DNA from: Lama guanicoe
Taxonomy: Eukaryota
DNA: 64,000 nucleotides
Assembly (NCBI GenBank): GCA_013239625.1
Contig: MU053881.1
Coordinates: 7,029,957-7,093,956, forward strand
Direction of reading: 5' to 3'
How positions within the stretch are numbered: position 1 is the first letter of the stretch; each line of letters starts with the position of its first letter. A program made the position numbers and the translations under genes. Shown here piece after piece: positions 37,556 through 51,666 of this stretch. Below the pieces are notes generated by a model that was not told the origin of the DNA, did no database searches, and saw only the letters and a list, made by a program, of their open reading frames with translations.

Positions 37556-38115
37556 CTAGACCTCAGTGCCCTCCCTGGAGTAGAGGACACTGTTCGTGCT
37601 GATGCTGTTGTAGAAGTGAGGGCTGAACTGGTTGAGGACTGAGCTTCCGTAGCCGAGGGCATTGGTGGGCATGGCATTGGCCCATTCGCCCCCTCCTGTG
37701 TGGCCGCTGATGTTGGTGAGCGGGGCGTAGGAGTTGAAGTTCAGCAGGTTCTGCCCCGTCTTGTCGGCGGGCTCCGGGCTCGGTCCTGGCGTGGCCACAG
37801 GGCGGCTCATGGGGCTGGACCCGCTCACGTAGGCGGACATGGTGGAGAGGAAGTTGTTGAGGCAGGGGGTGCCCGGCGAGGGTGGGGAGCACTGCTTCTC
37901 CGGGGAGCTGCTGGTGCCCGGCGAAGCGCCGTCCAGGATGTCCTGGGCCTCCGTGGTCTTGGGGCTGCCCGCCAGGAGGCTGGTCTCCGTTTTCTCCGAG
38001 GCGAGGGAGCCCGTGCTGGAGGAAACATCTGATTTTCTCTTCCTCTTCCTGCGGAAATTTCCGTTGTCGAACATCTTCTCACAGTTGGGGTCCAGGGTCC
38101 AGTAATTCCCTTTGC
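37556..38115 (-). CDS. FOXI1: FOXI1 coding exon 2 (end of forkhead domain, RRKRKRK NLS, C-terminus)
   Basis: Acceptor ttctcccttctgtgccag|GC AAA GGG AAT TAC TGG gives [28 protein letters not shown]...[13 protein letters not shown] (37558-37556). 560 nt. Spliced CDS is 1134 nt = 377 aa plus stop. Confidence 0.98.
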
Positions 38116-39366
38116 CTGGCACAGAAGGGAGAAGGTGAGTGGGGGTGGATGCAGGGCTTTGCTTCTGACCCTTCTTACTGCCATAAACTAAAACCAAAAG
38201 TAAGGAATGCAGAAAGGCCGAGAATAAGCACCAGGAATTCCACAAACCAACCGCGCACCACACCACCCGGACCTTTCTTTACACACCCGCCTCACACCCA
38301 GGCACTCTGGGAGCACAAAGCAAGGGAGGCAGAGCCGGGAAGTTCACAGGGCGGGTCTCTTCAAGAAGTTCAAGGACCAGGGGAAAGGAGAGGAAACGGG
38401 TTCTTCCATTGCTGATGTGAAAAACTCAGGAAGAAATTCAGGGCTCCCTGAAAGTCCTGGGCACAGACTTCCAGGGCAGACTTGAGTCCTAGCTTCAGAC
38501 GGAGGGACTTTGGGTGAGCCTCAGTTTCTTGGTCTGAAAAGTGGGGCCATTGGACCTATCCCTTCTCCCTCAGGGTGACTGTGAGAAAGGACTAACGCTA
38601 GATGTGTCAAAGGGGCTTCGTCTGTGAGGCGAGGTAGAGGCTGAACTCTGCCTGCCCGGGTCTCTCGGCCTGAGGGGGAGGCCATTCATTGAAAGAGATG
38701 CTCGCCTCTGAGGGCGACAAAGAGTCCTGCCCTCACCAGCCTCAAAGCAAAGGCAGAGGTGGGGTTCCTCTGAGCCATACGTTGTTCCTGTGGTGGGGTG
38801 AAAGTGGACTTTAATTCTGGGAGGTGGACCCAAGAGCATTTAATATATTACTCTCTGTACATCTCTATATTTTGGAATTTGATCATTAGAAAGGAAAAGT
38901 TTGCACTCTGGTGTTCGAGAAACCTCTGTTAGATTCATGCCCCATCACTAACATGTCATTCTGTGTCACGCTAAGCAGGCTGCTTCTCCTCTAGGTGTTA
39001 CTTTCCTCATCTGTAAAATGGGTTTAACGAGATACCCTGCAGGGGTGAATTAAAGGAGACTATGTAACCAGGGCAGGCAGCACAACGTGACCTTTGGTGG
39101 TGGTTCCACAAATGTCAGGTCCCTTTTCAGCAGGTCTGGGACACACTTGGGTTTTGTCTAGTCCACGCACTCATCCCCCAAGGACTTTCCATGAGCTGGG
39201 TGCTGGGGATTTGGATTAATTTTCACAATCACTGCAGTCCGTCAAGCGCTTGTTAGCACCACGCACCTCCCATACATCATCTCGTGACCCTACTGCCCAC
39301 AAGCCTGCAAAGGAGCCACTGTTACAACCCTATGTTTCAGATGGAGAAACTGAGGCTCAGAGGTCA

Positions 39367-40420
<1,054 letters not shown>

Positions 40421-40429
40421 GCAAGGGCG

Positions 40430-40880
40430 CGGCTCCCCCTTCTCTCTCCTCTCCATTTCCTCTTCTTTCTGCTTACTTTCCCCTCTTTGTCTTTCTCGCC
40501 ATCACCCTCCCCTGTGTTCCTCCTTCTTTCTGTCTCATCTTGTCTCTCTCTTTCCTCTTTCTCTCCTGAGTTTCCTACCCTTCTTGCTTTCCTTCCCTGT
40601 CCTCCCAGCCTCCCTGCATCTCACTCCTGGTCTCTTTCCTTCCCGCTACGCATTGCTCTGCCCATGTCCTCTGTCCTTACAGTCTCTCCCTGTCTCTCTG
40701 AGTTTGTTTCTAGATCTTTCTAGAGCTCTGTCTCCTCTCACTCACATCCTCACCGGCTCTGCTTCTCTCCTTCCTTTCACTCTCGGGATCCCTCTGCCTC
40801 ACATGGTCCCCGTGTTTCTTCCTCATCCTCTCTGTCTCTCTCTTCTTTCCCACCCTGACCCCTCATCCTCTGACCCCCTC
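40430..40880. repeat. Low-complexity CT-rich tract immediately upstream of the FOXI1 promoter
   Basis: About 450 bp almost entirely C/T on the + strand. Confidence 0.85.
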
Positions 40881-41058
40881 CCCCAGATTGGAGGAGACAC
40901 ATTATCAGAAGCCACAGGTCTTGGTCTTTTGAAGTGAAGACACACTTCCTGGGGTTTTCCAGGAGAGAAGCTGGCCCTGGAGAAGCAGGAGACCCCAGAG
41001 GAACCTAGCCACCGGCCAGTTTCAAAAGGGCAGCCAGTTATAGGCGCCACCCCTGCCA

Positions 41059-41060
<2 letters not shown>

Positions 41061-41089
<29 letters not shown>
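41061..41089. repeat. (CA)14 microsatellite upstream of FOXI1
   Basis: Directly visible. Confidence 0.95.
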
Positions 41090-41090
<1 letters not shown>

Positions 41091-44000
41091 GCGCGTTCAC
41101 ACTGCAGGCAGGAAGAGAAAGGCCTGGGGATTCTCTGAGAGGGGCAGCCAGGCTCATAAAAACAACAACCAAAGGAAGAGGACGTGAGTGGGACTTCAGG
41201 GGGAAACGAGAGCGGATCTGTGCTCTCCAGGTTTCCCTCTGGCTGCAGGGACGGGGCAGGTGCCGGGCTGCTTATCTGATCAAAGTCCTTTCACGTTGGA
41301 GCTTGCAGAGTCCCCAGGGGGCCACGGCCGGGAGGAGAGCCCTCCGCTGGCCATTCCTCTCACTCCATCTCAGCCTCAGGCTCCAGAAGTCGCAGCTCCT
41401 GCCCACGAAGGCGTCTCTGTGCCTTGTGGCCAGTCCGCCTCCCTCCCTGGACTCTGTTCCAGCCACCTCTCCACCCCAGGGCAGGCCTTCAGCTTGGGGA
41501 TCAGTGGTGGGGGTCCCCCTTCTCAGAGGATGGGCAACTGCCCCTGAGCAGGTTTTAGTAGCAGCTGGAGACGTCTGTCTGGGATCAGCAGATGGGAAAA
41601 CTTAAGTGCGGTCCAAGGACTCACTGGCAGTGTCCCGATGCCCAGAGGGTGGGTTGAGATAACTAGGTGGGAGGGATCCCCCCTCCCCGGCCCTGAGAAC
41701 CCACTTGTTCCCACCATAGAACAGCGACTGAAAGGTGGCCCTGAAAGGGCCTGACTGCTCGGGGGAGGCTTGGGGTAAGCAGCCTTTGCACTTTCTTTCC
41801 AAAGAGTAAAGCAGAAGATGCCACATTGTTGTTCAGAGTTTCTCCACCAGCTCTGGCTTGCTGAAGGCAGCACCTTGACTTTTCAAAGGACAGTCACACT
41901 GGGCCCACCAATACAGACCCAAAGCCTGACAATGAACCTGGCAATGTCACTTCTGATAATGCATCCTTCAGAATGAAACAGAACAAGAATTAGATACAGG
42001 GGGGTTCCACCCCAGCCTTAGTTATAGCTGTAAGGAAGTCATTAATCTGAATGTCCAACCACAGGGGATTGATTGGTTAAATAAACTGAGTATCATCCAG
42101 AGGATGAAGTACTATGCAGCTATGAAAAAACAGATTATAGAATATTTAGTGATATGGAAAGATGTTATGATCTAATAATACTATTGGAGAAACAGGCTGC
42201 AAAATACCATGATTTTTTTTTTTGGTAAAAAATACATATTCATACATGCCTGTGAACTATGTAAGTATAAATGTCATACTGTCAATGATCATTTCTGGGT
42301 AGAGAATTAGGTAGGATTTTTGTCATTGCTTATCTATTGTTTCTAATTTAAGTGATTAGAGAAAGGTAAGCACATTTTGGGGATTAAATGTCCAAAGAAC
42401 CCGGGTTCAAACTCAGATTTGCCGCTGAATAACTGTAAACCTGGACAAGTGATTTAACCTCTTATGGCCTCAGTTATTGCCAATGAAAGTAGGAATGATG
42501 TCACTAATTCGTGTGGTTGCTGTGGGTGTTCAGTGAGGTGACTGATGCACGTCACTTCACACGGTGCACAGAGACGCACTCAAACATTAGTTACTACTGC
42601 ACATTCGAAATGTACAGTTCATCCCTGAATTTGCTACATTTCAAGTTAATCATTTTGTTTCAGCAGCGTGTGGGCAGGGGCAGCTGTGGCAGGCGGGGAT
42701 TCACAATGAAGGAACGAAGGGAGGAATACTCAGGGCAGACACGGATTGTAGAGCCGGACCCTGCCACCTGCAGCTGATGGTCAGGGAGCCCCAAGTCGCG
42801 TGATAGGTTCACAGCTGAGCTGCGTCAGGACCCTGTCTCCTGACTGACCCCTTGTTCCGCCCTTTGCCTACTGCTGGGGTCTCCTTCCTTAGGCGTGTCT
42901 TTGAGGAATACTCACCTGAGTCTCCCTGTCGCACCTGGGCCTTGGTGCCTTCCCCTGAAGAGCCGAGAGAGCCTGGCCTGTCTGGAGGCCTTACCCACAC
43001 GGGGGCTCCGGCCCAGGAGTCCAGCTGCCAGGGATCCCACCTCTCACGTCCTCCCCGCATCTCGTCACAGGGCCAGGCTGTCAGGCCAGGGGCACGCAGC
43101 GCATCCCAGAGTCCTCGAGCCCAACTTCACGAGCACTGTCGCAGTCCTTGGGGTGGGCAAGGGGACCTGCCTGTCCCACCCCCAGGGGAGGTTTAGGAGC
43201 TACATCCTGGAAGCCCTCCACCCATCCCAGGACCCCTGAGGAAAGAGCCAAATGTCTCTATAAACTAGGGTCCCTTTGGAGATGAAATTATTGTAGGCTT
43301 TTTGAGATTTCCCAGAAGTGGAAATCCAAGCCTGGGATGACATGGCCAGCTTCAGAGGAAAAGGTTGGGTAACCAGGTATGTGGGGCTGCAGGCTGCATA
43401 TTACAGCCCAGAGGGAGGCCTTCTTGAATGAGAACGACCATATATTCCGGACCCCAGGTTGAGACAGCTGGGACAAGGCTATAGAGTATGAAAAACGTGG
43501 GCTCTGGAGTTCAGCGGAGCTGGGTGCACATCCCTTCCCAGTAGCTGTGTGATCTTGGCCATGTTTCTTGGTTGCGTAAGGCCTCAGTTTGCTTATTTAT
43601 TAAACGCAGTTACAAATAGAACCCGTCTCATGTGGATTTCACAGGAAAAAGCAATGTGAAATGTGTCACGTGCAGGGCCCAGGATGCCGCTGAGAAGGAT
43701 GGCAACGTTGAACGCCTGGGTACCGGAGGATGGGTATTGACAGGGAGGCGGTTTGGACACGAGGCCCAGCATCTGTCTTCCTCCAGACAATATTTTACCA
43801 TTCGCCCTCACCTTGGGAAAATCTCGACATTTGGGGCCGATGCTGGGGAAGGAGGAAAAGCCTGTCACTTGTCAGGAGCACGTGTCCCGCAGTCGGCCGT
43901 TTGCACTGGGGATCCAGGAGCCTTCGTGGGCTCAAGGCCTGCAGCAAGGGTGAATATGCACAGCCCCAGCCCCTGGGGCCACCGCCTCTGGCCTTGACTT

Positions 44001-47000
44001 TCAGGGGTGGAGGACTGCGTGAGGAAACAGGCAGAGGAGGACGAATGACCAGAGACAGAGGAGTCAGGCAGGATCTGCTGCATCACGGGAGAGGGCTGGG
44101 AGCAGAACGCCCAGGCTTCAGAGCCAAACCTCTGCATCTCAGTCTTGACTCTATCCTTAGGCACGATGGCAGCAGCCAACTGTTCTGGGTCTCAGTGTCC
44201 TCATCTGTAAAATGGGGACAGCCAGCTCCCTCCGAGTGTTGCTCTGAGGACTAAGTGCCAGGCACGTAGCACGTGCTCGGTGAATGTGAGCGCTGTCAGG
44301 GAGCCCGAGGGTGAGGGAGAGGCTGGGGGTCCGCGAGCTGGGACTCCACCCCCAAGCTCGTGGGCTCACCTGTCTTCCCCGATTCCCCTTTCGTACTTAG
44401 GCTTGGATTTTAGGGCCCTCGTGCCTTTCACATACAAAACCCAATAGCTCTTCAGTTCCAGGGTCTCCAGGACCTGGCAGGGAGGAGACTGGTTGGAGTG
44501 GGGAACTGGAGATCTGGGACCACTTGGCGTCTAGCTTAAACTCTCTGTACCAGTTTCCTTATCTGTAAAACGGGGATAAGACATCATAGTTTTTCTACAG
44601 TAGGTGGAACACATAGTTTTCTAGTTGTTCTAAACAATGGGTCTACGTTTATAGACCGGAGGTCTACAAATATTTCTCTGTGAATGGCCTGGAGCTGTTA
44701 TCGGGGCCTCCTGTCCTGCCCCCGGACCAGCAGGGTTCACCAGCACTGTGTCTCAGTATACTTTGGGGCTTGCCGTGGAGCTGGCTTCTCTGTCCCCGAG
44801 TTGGGGCTTCTAGGAGCCCCGCCCAGGCGTTAGCCAAGCTGGAGGAGCTGATCCTGGTGCCCTCTCTGCTGCCCTGGTTTCTGGTTGAGCTTGAGGCTGG
44901 AGAAGCATGGACCGACACCGCCCTCTGGTGGCCATCTCTTTAAAAGCAAGGAGAAGAGTGCAGAGACTGGGTGACAATGCAGGTCCATGGCCAAGGGTTT
45001 CGGAGTCCCTTTTGGAAAGGGACAAGTTCCTAGGACCAACAGCAGCTTCATGGAGAAAACACTTCAGATTGCTGACCTCAAGAATAGGAAGCGAATACAT
45101 TTTTTGTTGTTTCAGGCCGTTAGGTTTGTGATAATTTGTGGCAACAGTAATGGGAAACTAATAGCATCGGACTCTGTGTTATGTGAAGCTTTGACCCCTC
45201 CACTGAAGATCCCCTCCAGTGGCCTTTGTGTGACACCTGGGAAAACAGTCTGCCCATCAAGGAGTCCCCCCAGCCTCCCCACCTCTTCCCCTTCTCCCCT
45301 CCCTCCCTCTCCGATTCCCCCTCTGTCCCTTCTTCCCTCCTTCCCTTCCTCCGTCACCTCTGGGTGAAGAATGCCGGTTGGGGCAGTGGCTCTGGCTGGG
45401 ATTGGTCACCTATTCCTTATTGCACTCTGGGACTTTTGTGGCAGGTGGTGGCCCCTCTGGGCCTCAGCTTCCTCATCTAGCAAATGGGAAGCAAAGCTGC
45501 ATGGTTTTCAAGGTCCTGACCGGCAGGTCCCACCTATGGAACTTATTAAAATGCACTCTCCTGGGCCCACGCCCCAGAGACTCTGACCTGCGAGCCCAGG
45601 TGGGGCTGGGCATCAGCGCTCCTCGGGAGCTTGCTGCACACCCAATTTAGGAAGCAAGCGATCCTGGGATCCAGGCCATGTCCCCAGAGTTATCCCTTGG
45701 AAGCATGCCACTCAACAGCCTGCTCCTTGGAGCCTGAAGCATGAAATCCCTGCTCTGCCATTTCCAAGCTGTGTGACCCAAGACAAGTGCCTGTGCCTCT
45801 CTGGGCCTGTTTCCTCACTGTAAATCGGGATTAATAATAGTCTACACTTCAGAGGGCGGTCGTGAGGATTCCATAGTTACTAAGTGCAAGTTGCCAAGAG
45901 CAGCGCCTGGCACAGAGTAGGTGTGCATGCATGTTTGCCCCTGAAAATTACCAGCTGCCCAGCATGGCATTCAAGACCCAGCACACACCCGGCCCCACCC
46001 GGGGTCTCTCATCACACCCCATCCACTCTCTGCGCCCCTGTTGGGTTGTGGTCACGTGAGCTGCTCGCGATGGCTCAGGCCAGTGCCTGCCCACTCCATC
46101 CGGGTGCCCATCCTCCTCTCCACCTGGATGGCTCTGACTCACCTTCTGATCCTGCCCTGGGAGTCTCCCTCCCCTGCTGGGTCCCTCCGTGCCTGGCATG
46201 TGGTTCAGGAGGTCACGCTTTATCGCCTGACTTCACTGTGGGACCTGTGGCCCCTCGAGGGCGGGGACAGTGCTTTCTTCAGGGCTTTGGAGGCTGCTCA
46301 GCACACTTGTGAGGGAGGATTGGCTGTGAGCTCTCCTCTTTACCTTGATTTGTCCTGTGGAAATTGGGGCCACAGTGGTGACTACCCCATGCGTCCCATC
46401 CCTGTGAGTCAGCAGTGAGTTGATGCCTCCATGCCTGGCCAAGGACCCCCCTTTCACCTCTGTGTCCCACAGTCAGAGTCACTACACTCACCTGGGTGGA
46501 TCTTCACGTGACCTGCCCTGAAGGCAGATCCTAAGATCTCGGGAAACCACACCTGTTCATTTGTAAACATAGTCACTTAATGTTGAAAGCCAGGCAGCCA
46601 CTGTTCAGGGGAACCTAATACTTTCCCCGAGTTTAAACTTGTAGGTTAAGTTTTTTTTTTATATATATAACATTTAACGCCAAATATGCTATTTATGTTT
46701 AATTTTAAACTCTTTTTAAGATCTGCATGAATTTTGGGAGTCTGCCATTAGGACATATTTTAGATAAAACCTACTTCTTCTCCCCCAATTTTATAAATAG
46801 TCAAAAATAATTGAATTCAACTCTCTGAAGAATTTCTCATTGGAGTCCTTAAGAGTTAAGTCTAAGAAAAACATTATGGTTCATTGTGCTTGTCATTATA
46901 AGAGCTTGGGTTCACAGCCCTGATGACTGTAAAGGTTGTTTATTACAAACCTCTCAGTTTATAAACAGAACACACTAATATTTCATAAATCGGTATTGGG

Positions 47001-48544
47001 GTCTTCTGCATGGTACTGGTTCTGTGGGCGTGGTGTTATCAAGTCTTGCTTTTTCTACACTCTGTTCTGACTCCAGTTGGGCAGGAGAAACCCACCCAAA
47101 CCTCCCTGCCCATCACTCACAGGGGACGATTCCTTTACCAGCAGCACTTCTGTTCCTCACCTGACCCACTCTTCAACACCCTGAAATGTCTCTTCTTCTG
47201 GGTCTCACTGCCCTAAAGGTCTCACTCTAAGCAGTAAACTCTGTGAAGCACCAGCCGTGAAGCCATGAAGATGCCCGGGTGGGTCCAGCTCCTTAGCTCC
47301 TTGGAGATGCTCCTCGGAGATGCTCCTCTGCCCACGTGGAAGTCCTTGCTCCTTTGGAAAGTGAATCCAGCTGGATTCTAAGCCTCTGGGTGCCGTCTCC
47401 TCACCTTAGGGCACCCACAATGCCGCCAAAGCCCCAACCAGCCACCCACCGAGACAGGACTCACTAGACTGTTGAGGACAGACTAGAAGCTGGGTGGGGC
47501 ACAGGGGCTGGGGCTTGTCGAGGGGACGTGGCAGCTACAGGAAGAGACTGCGGTGGACGGAGGTGACAGGTGGCCTGGGCGTGAAGGTGTCCGAGAGGCA
47601 GCACAGAGCTGGGTTCAAAGCCAAGCTTCCTGTCCACCTGCCGGTTGGAGTCCCAGCCTTCTCCACGAAACATATGTGTGATCTTAGGTCACTTCGTGCC
47701 TCTGTGCCTTGGTTTCCTCATCTGGGCAATAACTGTACCCACCTCCTAGGGTGGGGCTGTCAAGATTTAGGAAGTTCTCTCTTGTCAAGTCCGTGACACC
47801 GTGTGAGGGACAGTCATCTGTCACTTGTCACCCCTCACTATGCCCGGGGACTCAGGCGCCAAGAAATGAGCCTCCTTCCCGAGGTCTCTGGGTGGCTCCA
47901 GCTCCAAACCCCACGAAATCATGCACTTAACTCCACCCTCACTATCGATTCACTTCCCAGATAGAGTCCTCAGCTTCCCGCCTCCCTGCACAGGCTCCCG
48001 GCTCCCTGGGCCTCTGCTCCCCCCTCTCTTCTCTGATTGGAGGAGCCTCTTGTCTCCTTTGGGCCTCATCTGAGGAGCCTGCGGGAGGTCCAAGAAAAAC
48101 CATCACTTCTGACCTGGTGAGAAGATCCAAAGGCTGGACCGCAGCCTGCTGGACCCCAGCCCTCGGTCTTCCTAACTCTGGACCATTTGGTTGGGATTTT
48201 TGTTTTTAATCGGAGTGACCAGGATTGGGTGGTTTTCCCATCTCTTTCCAGAAAGGGAGAAAGGCAGAATGGAACTCCACCGCGCAGATCACACGAGGAA
48301 GATTCTGGCAGCTACTCCCTGCATCCCTGAACCCCAGCGTTCGGCCCCTAAGGCACCCACATCATGGGGAATATTCTTGGGGGTGGCGTGAACAAGGTAG
48401 GTGGATTTGCATTGGGATAGGCTGCAGCCAGGTTTCCTAACATCGCTGGAGGCCCTGGGCTGCCTGCCTGCCCTCCTGACCATCCCCAGGGGCTCCCAGT
48501 CCAGCCCTGGGCCTCAGGGACTCAGCTGATGGAATTTGGCCACG

Positions 48545-48580
48545 AGGCTTGCTTGGGTTGTGGAATCATTTTTATTGTCA
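48545..48580 (-). terminator. DOCK2: DOCK2 polyadenylation signal (~0.5 kb 3' UTR)
   Basis: tttatt at 48571-48576 reads AATAAA on the minus strand, with an upstream UGUA and U-rich tracts (48580-48690). Confidence 0.8.
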
Positions 48581-49048
48581 GTACAAAAGAGCAACACTTC
48601 GGAGATGATCAGCTAGGAAAAAAGACAGGTTGGTTGTATTAAAAAACATAAAATACAAAACTGTTAACCAAAAATAAAATAAAAGAATATTTAAAAGCAT
48701 TCCTGTTAAGTGCTGGGACTTAGAAAATGAAACAAAAATACAGCTCCTTAGACCTAGGACACTGGGCTATAAAAAGATGTGCCCAGGATGCTGGGAGGAG
48801 GCATTCCTGTTGGTTCCTTGGTGTGCCTAAGCTTCCGGGTGGGGCGTGGTCACCCCGGCCTGGCGATGCTGGCTGGGTCTGTCCCCACGGACAGTTCTGG
48901 GGCCCAGATCAGCCCGTTTCCTCCGTCTGAGTGCAGGCAACTGATGGGTGGGCTCCCTGCTCTCTGAGGCATCAATGTCCTGCCGTGTCTCTCCTCTTCT
49001 GCAGACTCCCATCCCTGTCCCCAAGGGGCAGCCCTGGCCAGTAGCATC

Positions 49049-49111
49049 TCACAGGTCCGTGGACATTAGGTCGGAAGTCTGCTTGCCTTCTTCGGCAGGT
49101 TTGCTGGCCAG
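49049..49111 (-). CDS. DOCK2: DOCK2 last coding exon
   Basis: cccacgcag|LASKPAEEGKQTSDLMSTDL-TGA. 63 nt. Ends in STDL like mammalian DOCK2. Confidence 0.95.
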   Translation of the reverse strand: MASKPAEEGKQTSDLMSTDL

Positions 49112-50010
49112 CTGCGTGGGAGAAGAGAAACCCGAGATGGGATGCTCGTGAGCACCAAGCCACTCACGAGGGCCCCAGAGCTGACCCCTCCCAAAGCCAG
49201 TGAGCCTGAGCTGACGGGACCAGAGAGGGGCTGTGCCGTGCAGTGGCTGGAGCACAGGCTTTGCTGTTTCGTGGACCGTGTGAACTTGGGCAAGTCTCTT
49301 ACCTAATGCCGTGAGCCTGACAAAATCCTCACAGGGAGAGTGGGCGGTCAGATGGGATCGTGTCTGGGAAGGGCTTGGCGGGACGCCTGACCCAGTGCAC
49401 GCCCGCAGGGAAGCTGCCGTCCTCACAGCAGCTGAGCCCTGCTTTAGTAGCACCCCGAGGACAAGCGTGTCCACGGTGCCTTCATCTTGAGCAAAGACCA
49501 ACAAGTAGCAATAGGACACGGGACTTGAAAAGGCAGGGCTTGGAAACTAACTTTTAAATAGTAGGATTTTGTAATAGCAGTTGAACAGGAAAGTTCCTCC
49601 AAAAGAATGAAAACAGCACTTTTAGCCGCCCAAGACAGTGGGCCGTGGTGGCTCTGTGACAGGAGCACCAAAGGGCGATTTACGCAAAGGACAGCTCCTG
49701 GCTCTGAGGTCCCAGGGGCCCTGCTCAGCCTCTGGCTCATTCCTGCAGCCCAGCTGGGCTCCGTCCTGCTCAGGGGAGCCACCTGGGGCCCAAGAGGAGA
49801 ACTGCACCCTGGGCATTTCCAGCCAGAGTCCCCACCCGAGGGGGCCCTGCCCACGCCTCCCTGGGAGTGACCCCGTGTGACCACAGGCTTATACACACAC
49901 ACACACCGTTCACATGCACCCCCATTTCCTCCTCTCTCCTTGTTGCCCTCTTCCCTTCCTCCCCCCACACCCCCTTCCTTCTGGGTCTGGGTGTGGGTCT
50001 GGGTGCTCAC

Positions 50011-50153
50011 CATAGTCTTGAAGAACTGATTTACTTTCTTCCGCTTGAGCGTCTTCTTGTCGCCGTCGGACAGAGGGAGGAAGGTCTGGCTGAGGCGGGG
50101 CGACGAGTTGGCCTCGTCCATCCCGGGCACGCCGGCCACCGAGAGCGTGAGGG
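50011..50153 (-). CDS. DOCK2: DOCK2 penultimate exon
   Basis: ctgcag|[49 protein letters not shown]|gtgag. 143 nt, phase 1/0. Confidence 0.96.
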
Positions 50154-51545
50154 CTGCAGGAGACGCAGGAGGGCGGGGAGCGGCCGTGAGCCGTGGGCGG
50201 AGAGGCGGTGCCGGGGGTCGGGAAGGGTGACTCGGGGACAGACAGGAGGCAGGCGGGGCCCAGAGACAGAACCCGGGAGAACAGGCCCTGGGGCTGGGCA
50301 GGAGGTGCGAGGCCGGCTTCCCCCCACGCTGGGGCTGTCCAGGCTGTCCGTCCACTCCGCCGAGGCCTGCCCAACCCGCAGACCGGGGCCGGCAACCTGG
50401 CCCGATCAAGGCCTCATCCAAGGGCTTCCAGGCTGGAAACAGGGGGCCGGGCGAGGACCCCCAGCACTGGGACCCTGCCTTCCTCTGCGTGGAGGCCTGC
50501 GTCACTCTGGACCTCAGGATTTACTGGGAATCCATACATCACACCAGGTGGTCCTTAGTTAGCCAGGGCCTCCTGGGGACCAGAAGTCGGCCCCTGGCAA
50601 GTCTCTCAGCCCCGTGTTTCCTTTGGGGGCCTGGAACACTATTTTGAGCACTTACGACCCCCACCCCCACCTTATAGTTGCAGAGTGTTTGGTGCATAGA
50701 TACTTCGTATTTCCCCCTCATTCACTGTCCAGGGAGGAGGCCAGCAGCGTGCAGATGCCCTTTGCTAATTCACAGAGGGGGTTCTAGAAACCTGACCGGG
50801 GACGCGGCCTGCCCAGGGGCGTTCTAGTCTGGCACGTGGCAAGTCTCTGTGCCGGCCACTCTGTGCCGGGCTCTGTGCTAACTGCCTCTCCTTTTTTGTC
50901 TCACTGAAGCCTCAGCTCATGCCTATGAAGTGGCTCAGGTGATTAGCCCATTGTGTGGATGAGGAAACTGAGGCCCTGAGAATGTCAGTCCCCTGCCTGT
51001 CCTGGCTACTAAGTGGTGGAGGCCCCGGGAACTGTGCCCCGAAGCACTGCCCAGCCTCCCCAGGCAGGACACCCGCATGCGGCTCTGGTGTTTGACCTGG
51101 TACATGGCCATTTCACTCCTGTCCTTTCAGCAGACCTCACAGCACTCTTGAGGTCTGTGCTTTTACCCCTGTGTCCCCAGGGTCACAACCGAGGGTCAGG
51201 GAGGTGTGTGCGACTCCGAGCTGGGGGCCGTACGGGGCAGGCAGCACCAGGCAACACCATGGTTGGAGATGTTCCCCCCCCGGCCCCTGCCCTTGGGGAG
51301 GGCGGGACTCCGGGTTCTTGGTGTTGGAAGACAAGGAAGACACAGCTGGGACAGCTTCACCCACATAGGGGGTGGGTGTGGGGAGAGCTCAGAGAACAGG
51401 GTGGGGGGTGCTGTGAGCAACCCTCTTAACCCCAGTGTGCTTAGCCCACTTTGCTGTGTAGACACGGTTCTGGTCTATCCCCCACCCCCAGGCTGGTGGC
51501 CCCCACTACCTCTATAACCCCTGCTGGTGGTGGCGGGGTGCATAC

Positions 51546-51666
51546 CTGGGATGGTGGGCATGGACTGGCTGGCGAAACTCATCTGAGACAGGATGGATGC
51601 CCTGGGGGCGATGGCCACATGCTCCGAAAGGTTGGTGTCACTCATGAACTCATGCTTCCTGGAAAG
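51546..51666 (-). CDS. DOCK2: DOCK2 coding exon, 3rd from last
   Basis: atccag|[41 protein letters not shown]|gtatg. 121 nt, phase 0/1. Confidence 0.96.

Noticed and set aside
49444..50505. 353-aa minus-strand ORF
   Set aside because: Only 50011-50153 is a real DOCK2 exon. The rest is open intron in GC-rich DNA.
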